From the IMG/VR virus record IMGVR_UViG_3300045988_166882: a stretch of 64,000 bases of DNA, one strand, 5' to 3'. Shown in pieces: positions 8,218 to 17,110 of the stretch. The position numbers and the translations under genes were made by a program. A model generated the notes under the pieces. It was not told the origin of the DNA. It saw only the letters and a list, made by a program, of their open reading frames with translations, and did not search any database. This DNA comes from a virus. How positions within the stretch are numbered: the stretch's first letter is position 1; the number at the start of each line of letters is the position of its first letter.

Positions 8218-8683
8218 CACACGCGTCGCTCAAACGCCCGAGGAGGTAGCAGCGACAAAACAGTACACCGAGCAGGACGAAAACCGTAAACTGGCCTTTT
8301 CCAAGGCTCTCGAACTGCTTCGTATTTTGGGCCTCGATGATTTGGAACGGGAGATGATAGCCCAGCGAACCTTCACTCGTACTGAGGTAGTCAAGAAAAC
8401 TACGCTTTCCCACCGCAAGGCTCTCGACGTGTTGGAAACGCTTCAGACGTTCGGCTACGTCGCGCTGCTCGATACCAACAAGACAAAATTCCGCTTCACC
8501 TTTAACGCCGATGACCGCGCAGCGGTTTATAAGGCCAAGATCATACAGTTAACCACGATTCTGGGAACGGCCATTGAGGGGTACAACGCCCTGCTCCTGA
8601 AGGACTACCCCAAGGACGTTTACGAACGTGAGACGCTGGAGATGGAACGCTACCTGACTAAAGCGTTGGAGTTGAAGAGATGA
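8207..8683 (+). CDS. hypothetical protein, possibly small terminase subunit (positional guess)
   Basis: 158 aa, with a helix-turn-helix-like central segment. It lies immediately upstream of the large terminase. No diagnostic motif, so the function is positional only. Confidence 0.45.
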   Translation: MADNTRVAQTPEEVAATKQYTEQDENRKLAFSKALELLRILGLDDLEREMIAQRTFTRTEVVKKTTLSHRKALDVLETLQTFGYVALLDTNKTKFRFTFNADDRAAVYKAKIIQLTTILGTAIEGYNALLLKDYPKDVYERETLEMERYLTKALELKR

Positions 8684-8704
8684 GTTTTGTTGTGTGACCC
8701 GGTG

Positions 8705-8734
8705 ACACCCAGAGGGATTTGCCCCTTTGGGTGT
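8705..8734 (+). terminator. stem-loop (terminator-like, weak T tract)
   Basis: 12-bp stem ACACCCAGAGGG / CCCTTTGGGTGT (one G-U pair) with a 6-nt loop. Confidence 0.45.
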
Positions 8735-8756
8735 TGCTATTAAAATACTTTGACGT

Positions 8757-11474
8757 ATGATGCCTCAAATTGCGATCCCGTCGTTGACGCACCGTTTGGC
8801 TTGTTTAGACCTCGTTGACGAGATAATCGAGGGTATGGACGAACGCGGCCTTAACGAGATGATGAGTGGCGATACACACGACGTTGACACGATATTTGAT
8901 GCTTTGATGATGGACACGTACCGGATTATGTATACTGGCGACGTGTCGATTGATTTTAAGCCCCGCTATGAAGAGAACGTCTCGGCCGTGGTTGAAGACA
9001 CCCTGCGGTGTGCCAATTTGACGTATTTCATCACCTCCGTCATCCCGGACTTCCAGCTGTCGTGGCACCACTTGGAGTGGGGTGAGTTAGTCCACAACCA
9101 CAAGAAATTGTGTATCAACGCAGCACGTGACCACGGGAAGTGTGAAGCCGTCGGAACCCCTGTCCGGATGTACGACGGAACTATCAAAAAGGTCGAAGAC
9201 GTTGTGGTTGGCGACTTGTTGATGGGCGTCGACTCTAAGCCCCGCCGCGTGGTTGCTACGCGCCGTGGCCACGATTCGATGATGTACCGTATCGACCAGT
9301 CGCGCGGTGATAGCTACACCGTCAACTCACGCCACATTTGTACGCTGATCGAGAAGGACCGCAACGGTTCCATCGCTACAGCGTCGAAGCGGATAGTGGA
9401 TATTGATATTCCGACGCTTTTAAGCAAGACCCCGAACTGGGTGAAGGAACGTTACCGCGGTTTCAAGGTGGCAGTGCAGTACCCCACGCGGCCCGTGGGG
9501 TTGGAACCATATTTTCTTGGGTACTGGTTAGGCGACGGCAACTCCAACAACCAGAAGATCACCACCGCCGACCCTGAAGTGTGTGAGTACTTACACTCTT
9601 ACGCCGAGCGCTTGGGGCTTCACTATGGCCAAAATGGTATGGTAGTGACACTTGGAATTGACGTTCGTGGCCGCGGTAAGCGTAACCCGCTGGAAAGGAT
9701 GCTCAAGGGTTACAACCTGCTCTACAATAAGCACATTCCGGAGCAGTACCTCGTCAACAGCGAAGAAGTTCGTCTTCAGGTGTTGGCTGGGTTGATCGAT
9801 TCCGACGGTAACTATTGGCAGGGCGGCTATCACTTCGGTAATACGAACTACCAGTTGGTGTGTGACGTGAAGAACTTGGCCGACAGCCTTGGCTTCTGTA
9901 CCCGAATGGGTGGTGGAACGCGGTATTGTAAAGCGTTAGGCCGCGACTATTCGTCGTGGTGCGTGACTATTTCTGGTGAACTGGACCGCATCCCAGTAAA
10001 GATCGCTCGTAAAAAGGTCCAAACCGACTGGGCCGCCAAGACGTCACACAAGGACTGGGGCACTATCGACGGCGTACACCCTACGGTGGTATCGTCGTTG
10101 AAGATCACGCCCGCGGGTGAAGGTGACTACATATCTATCACCACCGACGGCGACCACCGCTTCGTGCTGGGTGACGGTACGGTTACGCACAACTCGTTCT
10201 ATTTCTCCAACGCCTACGCCGCGTGGCAATTATACCGCTATAAGAAGCCGTCAACGACCCGTTACTCGAAGCGTCCCACGGTAGCGTCGTCGAATCGCGG
10301 CTTCTTGTTTTCGTTCTCACTCCAGCAGAGCGTTGACCTCTTGGAGATTCTGAAAGGAACCATCGAGGAAAACGAGATTTTGAAGGAACGCCTGCTACCC
10401 CAGTCCACGGCCAACAACTGGTCGGCTACCAATATCGTGTGCCGTAACGGCGCGCGTTTGACGGGTAAGGGTTTTGGGTCTTCGGTGCGTGGTGCTCACC
10501 CCTACTGGATTATCGTCGATGACGGCCTGAAGGACAACGTCATCTATTCCAGCCTCCAGCGAAATAAGTCTACCGACTATTTCCATTCCGTAATTATGAA
10601 TATGCTCGTACCCGGCGGCCAGATCGTTGTCGTCGGTACGCCGTTCCACGCCGAGGACCTTTACGGCGACCTCAAGACCAAGAACGGTTGGTTCGTGATC
10701 GAGTACCCAGCCATCTTCCCCGACGGGCGAATCCTTTGGCCGCAGCGTTGGTCGTTTAAGGACCTGATGGACAAAAAGGAGACCCAAGGCTCGATCATCT
10801 TCTCGCGTGAGAACCTTTGCCGCCCGATCACCAACGAATCGTCGATCTTCCCGATGGAAATCCTCACTCGGTCGTTGCTGCGTATGGAGAACTACACGTT
10901 GGTGGATTCACGCGAAGAGTTCCCCGTTAAGTTCTCCAAGGTAGTCGTGGGCTGTGACTTCGCTATGTCGGCCAACGTCGGTGCTGACTACGCCGTATTC
11001 AGCGTGTGGGGTATTGACGAACTGACCGACGAGCGTTGGCTGCTTCACCTGTGGCGTGAAAAGGGTGCCAAGTTCTTCGAACAGATGAACGTCCTGCGCC
11101 GTATCAACTCGCGTTTCCGGCCCGACCTGATCGTGATGGAGAACAACACCTTCCAGCAGATATTCGTCGAAACGGCCGACACTGAGGGTATGCCCGTGAT
11201 TGGCCACACTACGGGAATTGATAAGTACGACCTGAAGACGGGGTGGCCTCACCTGTCGACGCTATTCGAGCGGGGCAAAATCCACATCCCGGTGGGTAAC
11301 GTCTACTCTCAGCAGGTGAAAGACCTCATCTTCCAAGACCTCGGTTCAGTGGCCTTCACCGAAAAAGGCTTGGAAAGCGTGGGCAGCCACGACGATATTT
11401 CGTCGTCGTTCTGGTTGGCTGACTTGGCCGCTTCGCGTATGACTACGGGCTTTAAGTTTGATATGTTAGGTTAG
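8757..11474 (+). CDS. terL: terminase large subunit, interrupted by an intein
   Basis: Extein motifs:
- Walker A AARDHGK|S, split after K128.
- Walker B YWIIVDDG.
- Coupling motif VVVGTPFH.
- RNase-H-like nuclease acidic residues VVGCDFAMS and GSHDDISSS.
The extein is about 554 aa. The gene ends with TAG. Confidence 0.9.
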   Translation: MMPQIAIPSLTHRLACLDLVDEIIEGMDERGLNEMMSGDTHDVDTIFDALMMDTYRIMYTGDVSIDFKPRYEENVSAVVEDTLRCANLTYFITSVIPDFQLSWHHLEWGELVHNHKKLCINAARDHGKCEAVGTPVRMYDGTIKKVEDVVVGDLLMGVDSKPRRVVATRRGHDSMMYRIDQSRGDSYTVNSRHICTLIEKDRNGSIATASKRIVDIDIPTLLSKTPNWVKERYRGFKVAVQYPTRPVGLEPYFLGYWLGDGNSNNQKITTADPEVCEYLHSYAERLGLHYGQNGMVVTLGIDVRGRGKRNPLERMLKGYNLLYNKHIPEQYLVNSEEVRLQVLAGLIDSDGNYWQGGYHFGNTNYQLVCDVKNLADSLGFCTRMGGGTRYCKALGRDYSSWCVTISGELDRIPVKIARKKVQTDWAAKTSHKDWGTIDGVHPTVVSSLKITPAGEGDYISITTDGDHRFVLGDGTVTHNSFYFSNAYAAWQLYRYKKPSTTRYSKRPTVASSNRGFLFSFSLQQSVDLLEILKGTIEENEILKERLLPQSTANNWSATNIVCRNGARLTGKGFGSSVRGAHPYWIIVDDGLKDNVIYSSLQRNKSTDYFHSVIMNMLVPGGQIVVVGTPFHAEDLYGDLKTKNGWFVIEYPAIFPDGRILWPQRWSFKDLMDKKETQGSIIFSRENLCRPITNESSIFPMEILTRSLLRMENYTLVDSREEFPVKFSKVVVGCDFAMSANVGADYAVFSVWGIDELTDERWLLHLWREKGAKFFEQMNVLRRINSRFRPDLIVMENNTFQQIFVETADTEGMPVIGHTTGIDKYDLKTGWPHLSTLFERGKIHIPVGNVYSQQVKDLIFQDLGSVAFTEKGLESVGSHDDISSSFWLADLAASRMTTGFKFDMLG
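9141..10193 (+). mobile_element. intein (351 aa) with LAGLIDADG homing-endonuclease domain
   Basis: Begins at Cys (TGT 9141, CEAVGTPV). Has TVNSRHICT (block B), the two dodecapeptide motifs YFLGYWLGDGNS and LAGLIDSDGNY, and ends GTVTHN (AAC 10191-10193) followed by Ser+1. Confidence 0.85.
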
Positions 11475-11493
11475 CGCCATCGTTTTAGGTGAT

Positions 11494-12309
11494 ATGAAAA
11501 CTCTGATAGCACTATTCACCCGCGGTCGTATCGATCGCCAAAAGACCCTCCAACGGCTCACGCCTCAGGCGCGCCGCCGCGTGACGGTATTCTGTCACCC
11601 CGGCGAGTTGGCTGCTCACCAGCGTAACTGGGGCGGTGAGGTTGCCGCCATCGAGGAATACAGCACTGCGTGTCGCGGCGTGGGGGACATACGGGACTAC
11701 ATCGTTGTAGAGGCCCAAAAGCGGGGATTTGGCGGAGTCTTTTTCTTAGACGATAACGTGTCTTTCTCGCTGCGTTTAGACGATGCCAAGACCCCCGTGG
11801 TGGTAAACAACGACAATTTCACCGTCGAGGCCCAAGAATACATCTATTCGATGATGTTCGACTGGGTGGCGGAGCACTTGGACACCTACGCCGTCGCCGC
11901 GCTTTCGTATCGGCCCTTTAACCGCGACAAGGAACACGACGTACAAATCAACGGGCGATTCTTCTCCATTTGGGGACTGAACATCGCCCAGTACCTCAGC
12001 CAGCCCGTGAGGTTTCGCGATTGGCCTATCAAGGAAGACTTCGCCGTGGCTTGCGGTTTACGCCGCGCCGGGCTGGATAACGTGGTGTCGTACCAGTATT
12101 CGTTCGACAAGATGACCGGAGCCAACGCCGCTGGCGGTTGTTCCGTGTACCGCACTATCGAGAACTCCAACGCCGAGTCACAACGTTTAAGGGAAGAGTT
12201 CCCCGAATATATCACCCTTCGTACCAAGAAATGTACCAATTGGGGGGGTGAAATGAAGGACCGTGAAATGATTGAAGTTAAAATACACTTAAAAGGTTAC
12301 AAGAAATGA
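11494..12309 (+). CDS. GT-A-like (DxD) glycosyltransferase candidate, paralogue of 29682..30485
   Basis: Shares block order with the 29682 ORF:
- N-terminal strand LIALFTRGR vs FFVVSKNRP.
- Acidic turn FFLDDN vs VVMDDD.
- EDFAVACGL vs CDIDYSLKC.
- ANAAGGCSVY vs ANQGGGLQDVY.
Family assignment is not verified. Confidence 0.45.
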   Translation: MKTLIALFTRGRIDRQKTLQRLTPQARRRVTVFCHPGELAAHQRNWGGEVAAIEEYSTACRGVGDIRDYIVVEAQKRGFGGVFFLDDNVSFSLRLDDAKTPVVVNNDNFTVEAQEYIYSMMFDWVAEHLDTYAVAALSYRPFNRDKEHDVQINGRFFSIWGLNIAQYLSQPVRFRDWPIKEDFAVACGLRRAGLDNVVSYQYSFDKMTGANAAGGCSVYRTIENSNAESQRLREEFPEYITLRTKKCTNWGGEMKDREMIEVKIHLKGYKK

Positions 12310-12869
12310 TCGTAAAATTCAAGAAAGTACACCCCGACGCCGTACTGCCGCACTACGCTCACCCCGACGGTGAGGACAACGGACTGGACTTGGTTGCCGC
12401 AGCCGTTTTCGAGTCCGACGACTACATCGAGTACGACACAGGTATCGCCGTTGAAATCCCCAAGGGGTACTGCGGCCTGTTGGTCCCGAATTCACGTTGT
12501 TCGAAAAAGGACCTCGTGATGTGTAACGCGCCGGGTATCATCGACCCCGGATATCGCGGTACGATGCGTGCCCGCTACAAGAAGGTTTGGCACCTTCCGA
12601 CGCTGCTCCATAAGTTCCTCCGCAGCGTGTGTACGTTGTTCTCGAACGCCTTCGGTGAAATAGCCGGGTTGCGTGCACAGGAAATCAATTTCGACGTCAA
12701 GCAGTTTGAGGTCGGTGAGGTAGTGGCCCAGTTGGTTATCATCCCCGCGCCGCAGATCGAGGTTGAGGAAACTGACACGCTGACGCCTTCGATGCGTGAC
12801 ACCGCGGGGTTCGGTTCGACGGTAAAAGCGGTTCCCGAGAGCGAACGTGTTCAAAATGCCGAAAAATAG
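12306..12869 (+). CDS. dut: dUTP diphosphatase (trimeric dUTPase) with an internal insertion
   Basis: Motif I NGLDL, II PNSRCS, III GIIDPGYRG, IV GEVVAQLVI, V RDTAGFGST. About 40 extra residues sit between motifs III and IV. Confidence 0.85.
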   Translation: MIVKFKKVHPDAVLPHYAHPDGEDNGLDLVAAAVFESDDYIEYDTGIAVEIPKGYCGLLVPNSRCSKKDLVMCNAPGIIDPGYRGTMRARYKKVWHLPTLLHKFLRSVCTLFSNAFGEIAGLRAQEINFDVKQFEVGEVVAQLVIIPAPQIEVEETDTLTPSMRDTAGFGSTVKAVPESERVQNAEK

Positions 12870-12875
12870 AACGCC

Positions 12876-13046
12876 ATGGATCAACAACAATTACTGGCTC
12901 TTTTACTCGGAATAGGGTTCTTCTTCGTGATGCCGATTGCTCTTTTCCTGATCGGGTTGTCGAACGCTTCCTCAGATCGCCGTTTACGGCGTTATCGCGA
13001 AGAGTACAAACGAAAGTACGGATTTTATCCACCCGACGAATATTAA
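12876..13046 (+). CDS. small membrane protein (56 aa, below the ORF-track cutoff)
   Basis: ATG ORF MDQQQLLALLLGIGFFFVMPIALFLIGLSNASSDRRLRRYREEYKRKYGFYPPDEY. One clear hydrophobic helix plus a basic tail. It fills the gap between dut and the next gene. Confidence 0.4.
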   Translation: MDQQQLLALLLGIGFFFVMPIALFLIGLSNASSDRRLRRYREEYKRKYGFYPPDEY

Positions 13047-13050
13047 CAAA

Positions 13051-13638
13051 ATGAAAACGATCCTCCAACACAACCCCGCCAAACAGGACAACGTCGAAGC
13101 CATGGCCGACGCGCTGGTAGAGTCGATGCGCTTCGCTGACCCTACGGTTGATTATCCTGATATCTCCAAGGCCAAAGCCGACGACGGCGTTCCGGCCGAG
13201 TGGTTCCACAAGGCATACGCCGGCATTACCGGTACGTCGGAACTCACGGCCATTCTTCAGTACACGCAGCAGCGGATGATTTTTGACCAGATTGGAGAAA
13301 CGTTCCTCGGTATCGCCCTCACCGAGATGAAGCACTACGACCGATTAGGCGACTTCATCGACCATATCGGGGGCAGCGTATCGCGGCCCGTATTTTCGGC
13401 AGCCAAAGTGGACATTACGACCGAAAGCGCGGCCGAAGCCGTCCAGATCAACATCCGCGCCGAGCAGGACACCATCGCCGAGTACGAGAAACTCATTCAG
13501 CGTATTCAGGCCAACAACCCTACGCCGACCGTTACATCCACGCTGGCGGTTCAACTTATCAACAAAATCATCGCCGACGAGCGCGTCCACGTGCGGTTGT
13601 TGAGTGAATTGGCGATTATGATCGATGAAACGTTATGA
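13051..13638 (+). CDS. ferritin-like di-iron/di-manganese four-helix-bundle protein
   Basis: Ligand pattern E...ExxH...E...ExxH: SELTAILQY, EMKH, AEQDTIAEYE, ERVH. Resembles the Mn-catalase/CotJC/rubrerythrin-type ferritin-like fold. Confidence 0.65.
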   Translation: MKTILQHNPAKQDNVEAMADALVESMRFADPTVDYPDISKAKADDGVPAEWFHKAYAGITGTSELTAILQYTQQRMIFDQIGETFLGIALTEMKHYDRLGDFIDHIGGSVSRPVFSAAKVDITTESAAEAVQINIRAEQDTIAEYEKLIQRIQANNPTPTVTSTLAVQLINKIIADERVHVRLLSELAIMIDETL

Positions 13639-13931
13639 TATCCGCCACCGCTTACCGAAGGTGCCGTGCGCTGTTGCTGGCCGCGGTGAAGAATATCGAA
13701 GCCGAACGCCCAGGAGTTATCGCCTGGGCGTCTCGTCAAGAACGGTGGTGGGAAGTGTGCGTGAGTGACTACGCGCTCTACCGCAGCGAACAATTTGCGC
13801 TGATACGGTCGGTGTACCGTAAGGCCATTTATGCCGCTGGCGGCGGTAAGGTGATATTCTGCTACGCCAAGCCCGACGCCGAACGGTTGTACGAGTTGGA
13901 GTTGAAAGGTAATTTGGTGATGGATTGTTGA
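13635..13931 (+). CDS. hypothetical protein (98 aa)
   Basis: ATGA overlap with the upstream gene. No motif recognised. Confidence 0.5.
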   Translation: MISATAYRRCRALLLAAVKNIEAERPGVIAWASRQERWWEVCVSDYALYRSEQFALIRSVYRKAIYAAGGGKVIFCYAKPDAERLYELELKGNLVMDC

Positions 13932-13949
13932 AAAATTTCTTCAAATTCT

Positions 13950-13981
13950 CTTGGAGAATTCAAATTTTCGCCGTACCTTCG
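13950..13981 (+). promoter_or_regulatory. Bacteroidota-type promoter candidate (-33 CTTG / -7 TACCTTCG)
   Basis: CTTG (13950-13953), a 20-nt spacer, then TACCTTCG (13974-13981). It shares ATTCTCTTGG...AGAATTCA with the site at 23744. It lies in the intergenic gap upstream of ATG 14014. Confidence 0.4.
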
Positions 13982-14013
13982 CTCTTGGAAAGAATCGTAA
14001 AACAAAATTGGTT

Positions 14014-14841
14014 ATGGAAAACACTCAAGACATCAACTCAATCCTCGCGAAACTGAAGAAACTGCAGCGTCTGTACGAAGGCGCCAAGGCCATCAATTCT
14101 GAAGCCGAAGCCCAAAATGCTGCTGTTAAGATTCAGAACCTCCTCACCCAGTACAACCTTTCGATGGCTGATTTGGAAGCCGTGCCCGACAACGAGCAGA
14201 AGACCAACGTAACCGAAGAGCGCTTGGGTAGCGATTGGTGGCGTAAGTGCGGCGGCGCGTGGGACCAAGTCCTTATCGCTGGAATCTGTAAGTACAACTA
14301 CTGCTACGCTATCACAAGTCAGAGCGTGCGCTACCGTATCAACCGCAACGGCAACGAGGTACGCGAAAAGACTCAAAAGTACATCATCATCGGCGAACCT
14401 CAGAACGTCGAGGTCGTAAAGTGGCTGTTCAACATTTTGGCGGACCAATTGTATAAACTGGCGCTGAAACGTTACCAAGAGTACCTCAACGACGACGGTC
14501 AGGCCGTGATGCGTGTGTTCATGGGCGAAAAGCGGATGCACCGCGGTACGTTCTTGCGGTCGTATTTGACCGGAGCCGCCATTGGCGTTAAGGCCAAACT
14601 GAAGGAAGAGCGTGAACGCGAACTCCAAGCCCAAGTTCAGGTAAGCGCGCTGGTGCTTCGTACGGACCAGAAATTGAACGACTACGTGGCTGAGAATTAC
14701 AAGGACTTACGCTCGTCGCGTCCGGGACATATCGGTAGTGGCCACGCTATGGCGATGGGGCGTGAAGATGGCCGCAAGGTTAATATAACCCGCGGCGGTA
14801 TCGCTGCTTCGAATACCAACTCTAACCAGATAGCGCAATGA
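14014..14841 (+). CDS. DUF2786-like phage protein
   Basis: N-terminus ILAKLKKLQRLYEGAKAINSEAEAQNAAVKIQNLLTQYNL resembles the DUF2786 helical hairpin. ATG 14014 is preferred to the TTG at 13951. Confidence 0.55.
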   Translation: MENTQDINSILAKLKKLQRLYEGAKAINSEAEAQNAAVKIQNLLTQYNLSMADLEAVPDNEQKTNVTEERLGSDWWRKCGGAWDQVLIAGICKYNYCYAITSQSVRYRINRNGNEVREKTQKYIIIGEPQNVEVVKWLFNILADQLYKLALKRYQEYLNDDGQAVMRVFMGEKRMHRGTFLRSYLTGAAIGVKAKLKEERERELQAQVQVSALVLRTDQKLNDYVAENYKDLRSSRPGHIGSGHAMAMGREDGRKVNITRGGIAASNTNSNQIAQ

Positions 14842-15830
14842 AAATAAACCTCGTATTTGACGGGAATTTCCTGTACCACCTTTCGTTCTCGATCTTCTCG
14901 ACGTACTACCGCGGTCAAGATATGTGCGCTGTACTCGAAGACCGTGAAAAGCGTCAGGTGCTGATCCGCAAGTGCGTGATGAACCTTTGCGCCGCGGTAC
15001 GGCGTTTTGGTGATGACGTTGGTCGCGTGATAGTGGTCATCGACTCCCACTCGTGGCGCCGCGGCGTATACGACGACTACAAGTACGCCCTGACGCGGGT
15101 GAAAGAACCGTGGAGCGACGCATTCGTCGAAGTGTTGGGTGAGTTTGAAGCGTTGCTGCGTAAACGCGGGCTGATCGTTTCGCGTGTACCGGGCGCAGAG
15201 GGTGATGACCTGATTATGTTGTGGGCCTACGCGCTGGACGAACTCCCCGGCGAAGAAACCGTCATCCTCACGGCCGACAGCGACATCCGCCAGTTGATCA
15301 CGCCAACGGTTTCGGTATTCAACTACAACTCCAAGTTCATGAAATTCTACACCTTCCCCGGTAAGGAAGAGTTCTGGAACGAACGGCTGGATGCCGACAT
15401 TCAGGTCCTCGCCACCGAAGCGTTGGAGGTGTTGTTGTTTAAGGTGCTGATGGGCGATACGTCAGACAACATCCCCAAGGTTCGCCGCGGTTTTGGCGAA
15501 AAGGCGTTTGGCCGTTTCATCGAATCGCTGAAGCCGGAACTCAACGGCCGACTGGTATCGCCGTCGGCCTTCGAGGGGTACAGCAGTACCAAGTTGGCAC
15601 TTTGGATTCAGTCCAAGTTTGAGCGTTTCTTGGGCAGCCCGCTGACGACGGAAGAGGTAGGGCGCATCCTTTTCAACGTCCAGTTGACTTGGCTGTCGCC
15701 GTCGGTTTACGGCCCCAAGCAGGAAGACCTGCTGATGGCGATGACCGAAGAGGTAGCCAACACGAAGGACTCCTACAACTATAAAAAGGCGTATACGCTG
15801 GAAGACTTCTACGGAATGTTGATAAAGTGA
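14838..15830 (+). CDS. 5'-3' exonuclease / flap endonuclease (PIN-FEN family)
   Basis: DGNFLYH, VVIDSHSWRR, PGAEGDDLI, LTADSDIRQL and the H3TH segment LMGDTSDNIPKVRRGFG. Confidence 0.8.
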   Translation: MKINLVFDGNFLYHLSFSIFSTYYRGQDMCAVLEDREKRQVLIRKCVMNLCAAVRRFGDDVGRVIVVIDSHSWRRGVYDDYKYALTRVKEPWSDAFVEVLGEFEALLRKRGLIVSRVPGAEGDDLIMLWAYALDELPGEETVILTADSDIRQLITPTVSVFNYNSKFMKFYTFPGKEEFWNERLDADIQVLATEALEVLLFKVLMGDTSDNIPKVRRGFGEKAFGRFIESLKPELNGRLVSPSAFEGYSSTKLALWIQSKFERFLGSPLTTEEVGRILFNVQLTWLSPSVYGPKQEDLLMAMTEEVANTKDSYNYKKAYTLEDFYGMLIK

Positions 15831-15848
15831 TTAAAATCAAGATACGCT

Positions 15849-16049
15849 ATGAAGAAATGGATGTGGATTCTTATCACCGCGGTGGTCCTTGTGATTGCCG
15901 CGGTGGTGTACGCTCATGAGGCGAAGATTATCCACACGCTGGTAGCCATCTTCTCGTTTGTAGCGGGAGTAGTGGCTCACTGGGCGTGGGTAAAGTATTT
16001 GGCCGCGAAGGCCGTTAAACAGGACAACAACGATGGAAAACATTCGTGA
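15849..16049 (+). CDS. small two-helix membrane protein (66 aa)
   Basis: Two hydrophobic segments, WILITAVVLVIAAVVYA and LVAIFSFVAGVVAHWAWV. A holin-like or other membrane role cannot be told from sequence. Confidence 0.5.
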   Translation: MKKWMWILITAVVLVIAAVVYAHEAKIIHTLVAIFSFVAGVVAHWAWVKYLAAKAVKQDNNDGKHS

Positions 16050-16710
16050 CATCATCCTCGGCGCTCGTGCTCAGCGTCAGGATCACATGCTGAAAGGCTT
16101 CGCCCCGGTCCCTGAAGACATTGAGGAGGGTGAAAAGGTCGAGAAGGCCGACAACGTCTTTGAGAAGATGGCCGACGCCATCGAAAAGGCTGAGTCGGAC
16201 GACGCCGAGGAAGCCCTCCAAGGCGAGATTCAGAAATCGGACATCATGCAGGCCATCAGCGGTTACGGCTCGGAAATCAAGTTCAGCCGCTTGGGGAAGG
16301 AAATCAAGGCTAAACTGAAGGCTGATATTCTTCCGCCGTTGAACGCCAAACTGCAGGTCCTTACCGCCGAACTGGAAAGCCTTTTGGGTAACTGCGGCGG
16401 TGCGCCTACCGAAACCGTTCCGCCGTGGTATACGGCCGAGATCAAGATGGACGTTCCGTTCCGGCTGTTCAGCTGGGAAGAAACCAGTGACCGTGAAGCC
16501 CCTGCGCTGGCTGGTACGCTGGTCGACAACCAAACCGAAAACGCCGTAACGCCCGAAATGTACAAGTGCCGGCGTGACTACAACGAAAAGGTTCGTGACT
16601 ACGCCAACGTGGCTACCGATATCAAGGCGTGCGAGATTCTCGACACCAACCTCTCCGACAACGAACGTTACCAGCTGTCGCCTCGGCAGTTGACGATGTT
16701 CGGATTCTAA
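16033..16710 (+). CDS. hypothetical acidic protein (225 aa)
   Basis: ATG ORF. The long antisense ORF 16015..16878 is judged a shadow ORF. Confidence 0.55.
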   Translation: MENIRDIILGARAQRQDHMLKGFAPVPEDIEEGEKVEKADNVFEKMADAIEKAESDDAEEALQGEIQKSDIMQAISGYGSEIKFSRLGKEIKAKLKADILPPLNAKLQVLTAELESLLGNCGGAPTETVPPWYTAEIKMDVPFRLFSWEETSDREAPALAGTLVDNQTENAVTPEMYKCRRDYNEKVRDYANVATDIKACEILDTNLSDNERYQLSPRQLTMFGF

Positions 16711-16752
16711 ACCTCTTTTCTGTTTCCATTTTGTCAGGTTTGTTAGGACAGC

Positions 16753-16789
16753 GGCCCCGATTCGTAAGCGTTTCGGGGCCAACGTTTTT
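16753..16789 (+). terminator. rho-independent terminator
   Basis: Perfect 8-bp GC stem GGCCCCGA / TCGGGGCC with a 12-nt loop, then AACGTTTTT. Confidence 0.65.
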
Positions 16790-16795
16790 GAGCGT

Positions 16796-17110
16796 ATGGA
16801 CCGATGGAGATATTTCAAAATAGGTGATATCGTCACCGACCCCGAAGTGTGGGGAAAGACGATGTTCGTAATACGCACGCTGCACGGTAACGACTACTGC
16901 CCGCTGATCAGTGGCGAGTCCCTAAAACCGATCCGCGGTCGCCGTATAAGGGTAAACCTCGGCGTGGGGGAGACGCGTCTTGTAAACGCTCCTAAACGTC
17001 CGTTGATGAAGATTCCCGACGGTACGTTGGTGCGGTTAGCTGGAAAGAGCGTTGAAGCGCGGCGCGAATTGTTAATTAGAAGCTATCGTAAACAATATGG
17101 CAACGTTTGA
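16796..17110 (+). CDS. hypothetical protein (104 aa)
   Basis: ATG ORF after the terminator. No motif recognised. Confidence 0.5.
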   Translation: MDRWRYFKIGDIVTDPEVWGKTMFVIRTLHGNDYCPLISGESLKPIRGRRIRVNLGVGETRLVNAPKRPLMKIPDGTLVRLAGKSVEARRELLIRSYRKQYGNV

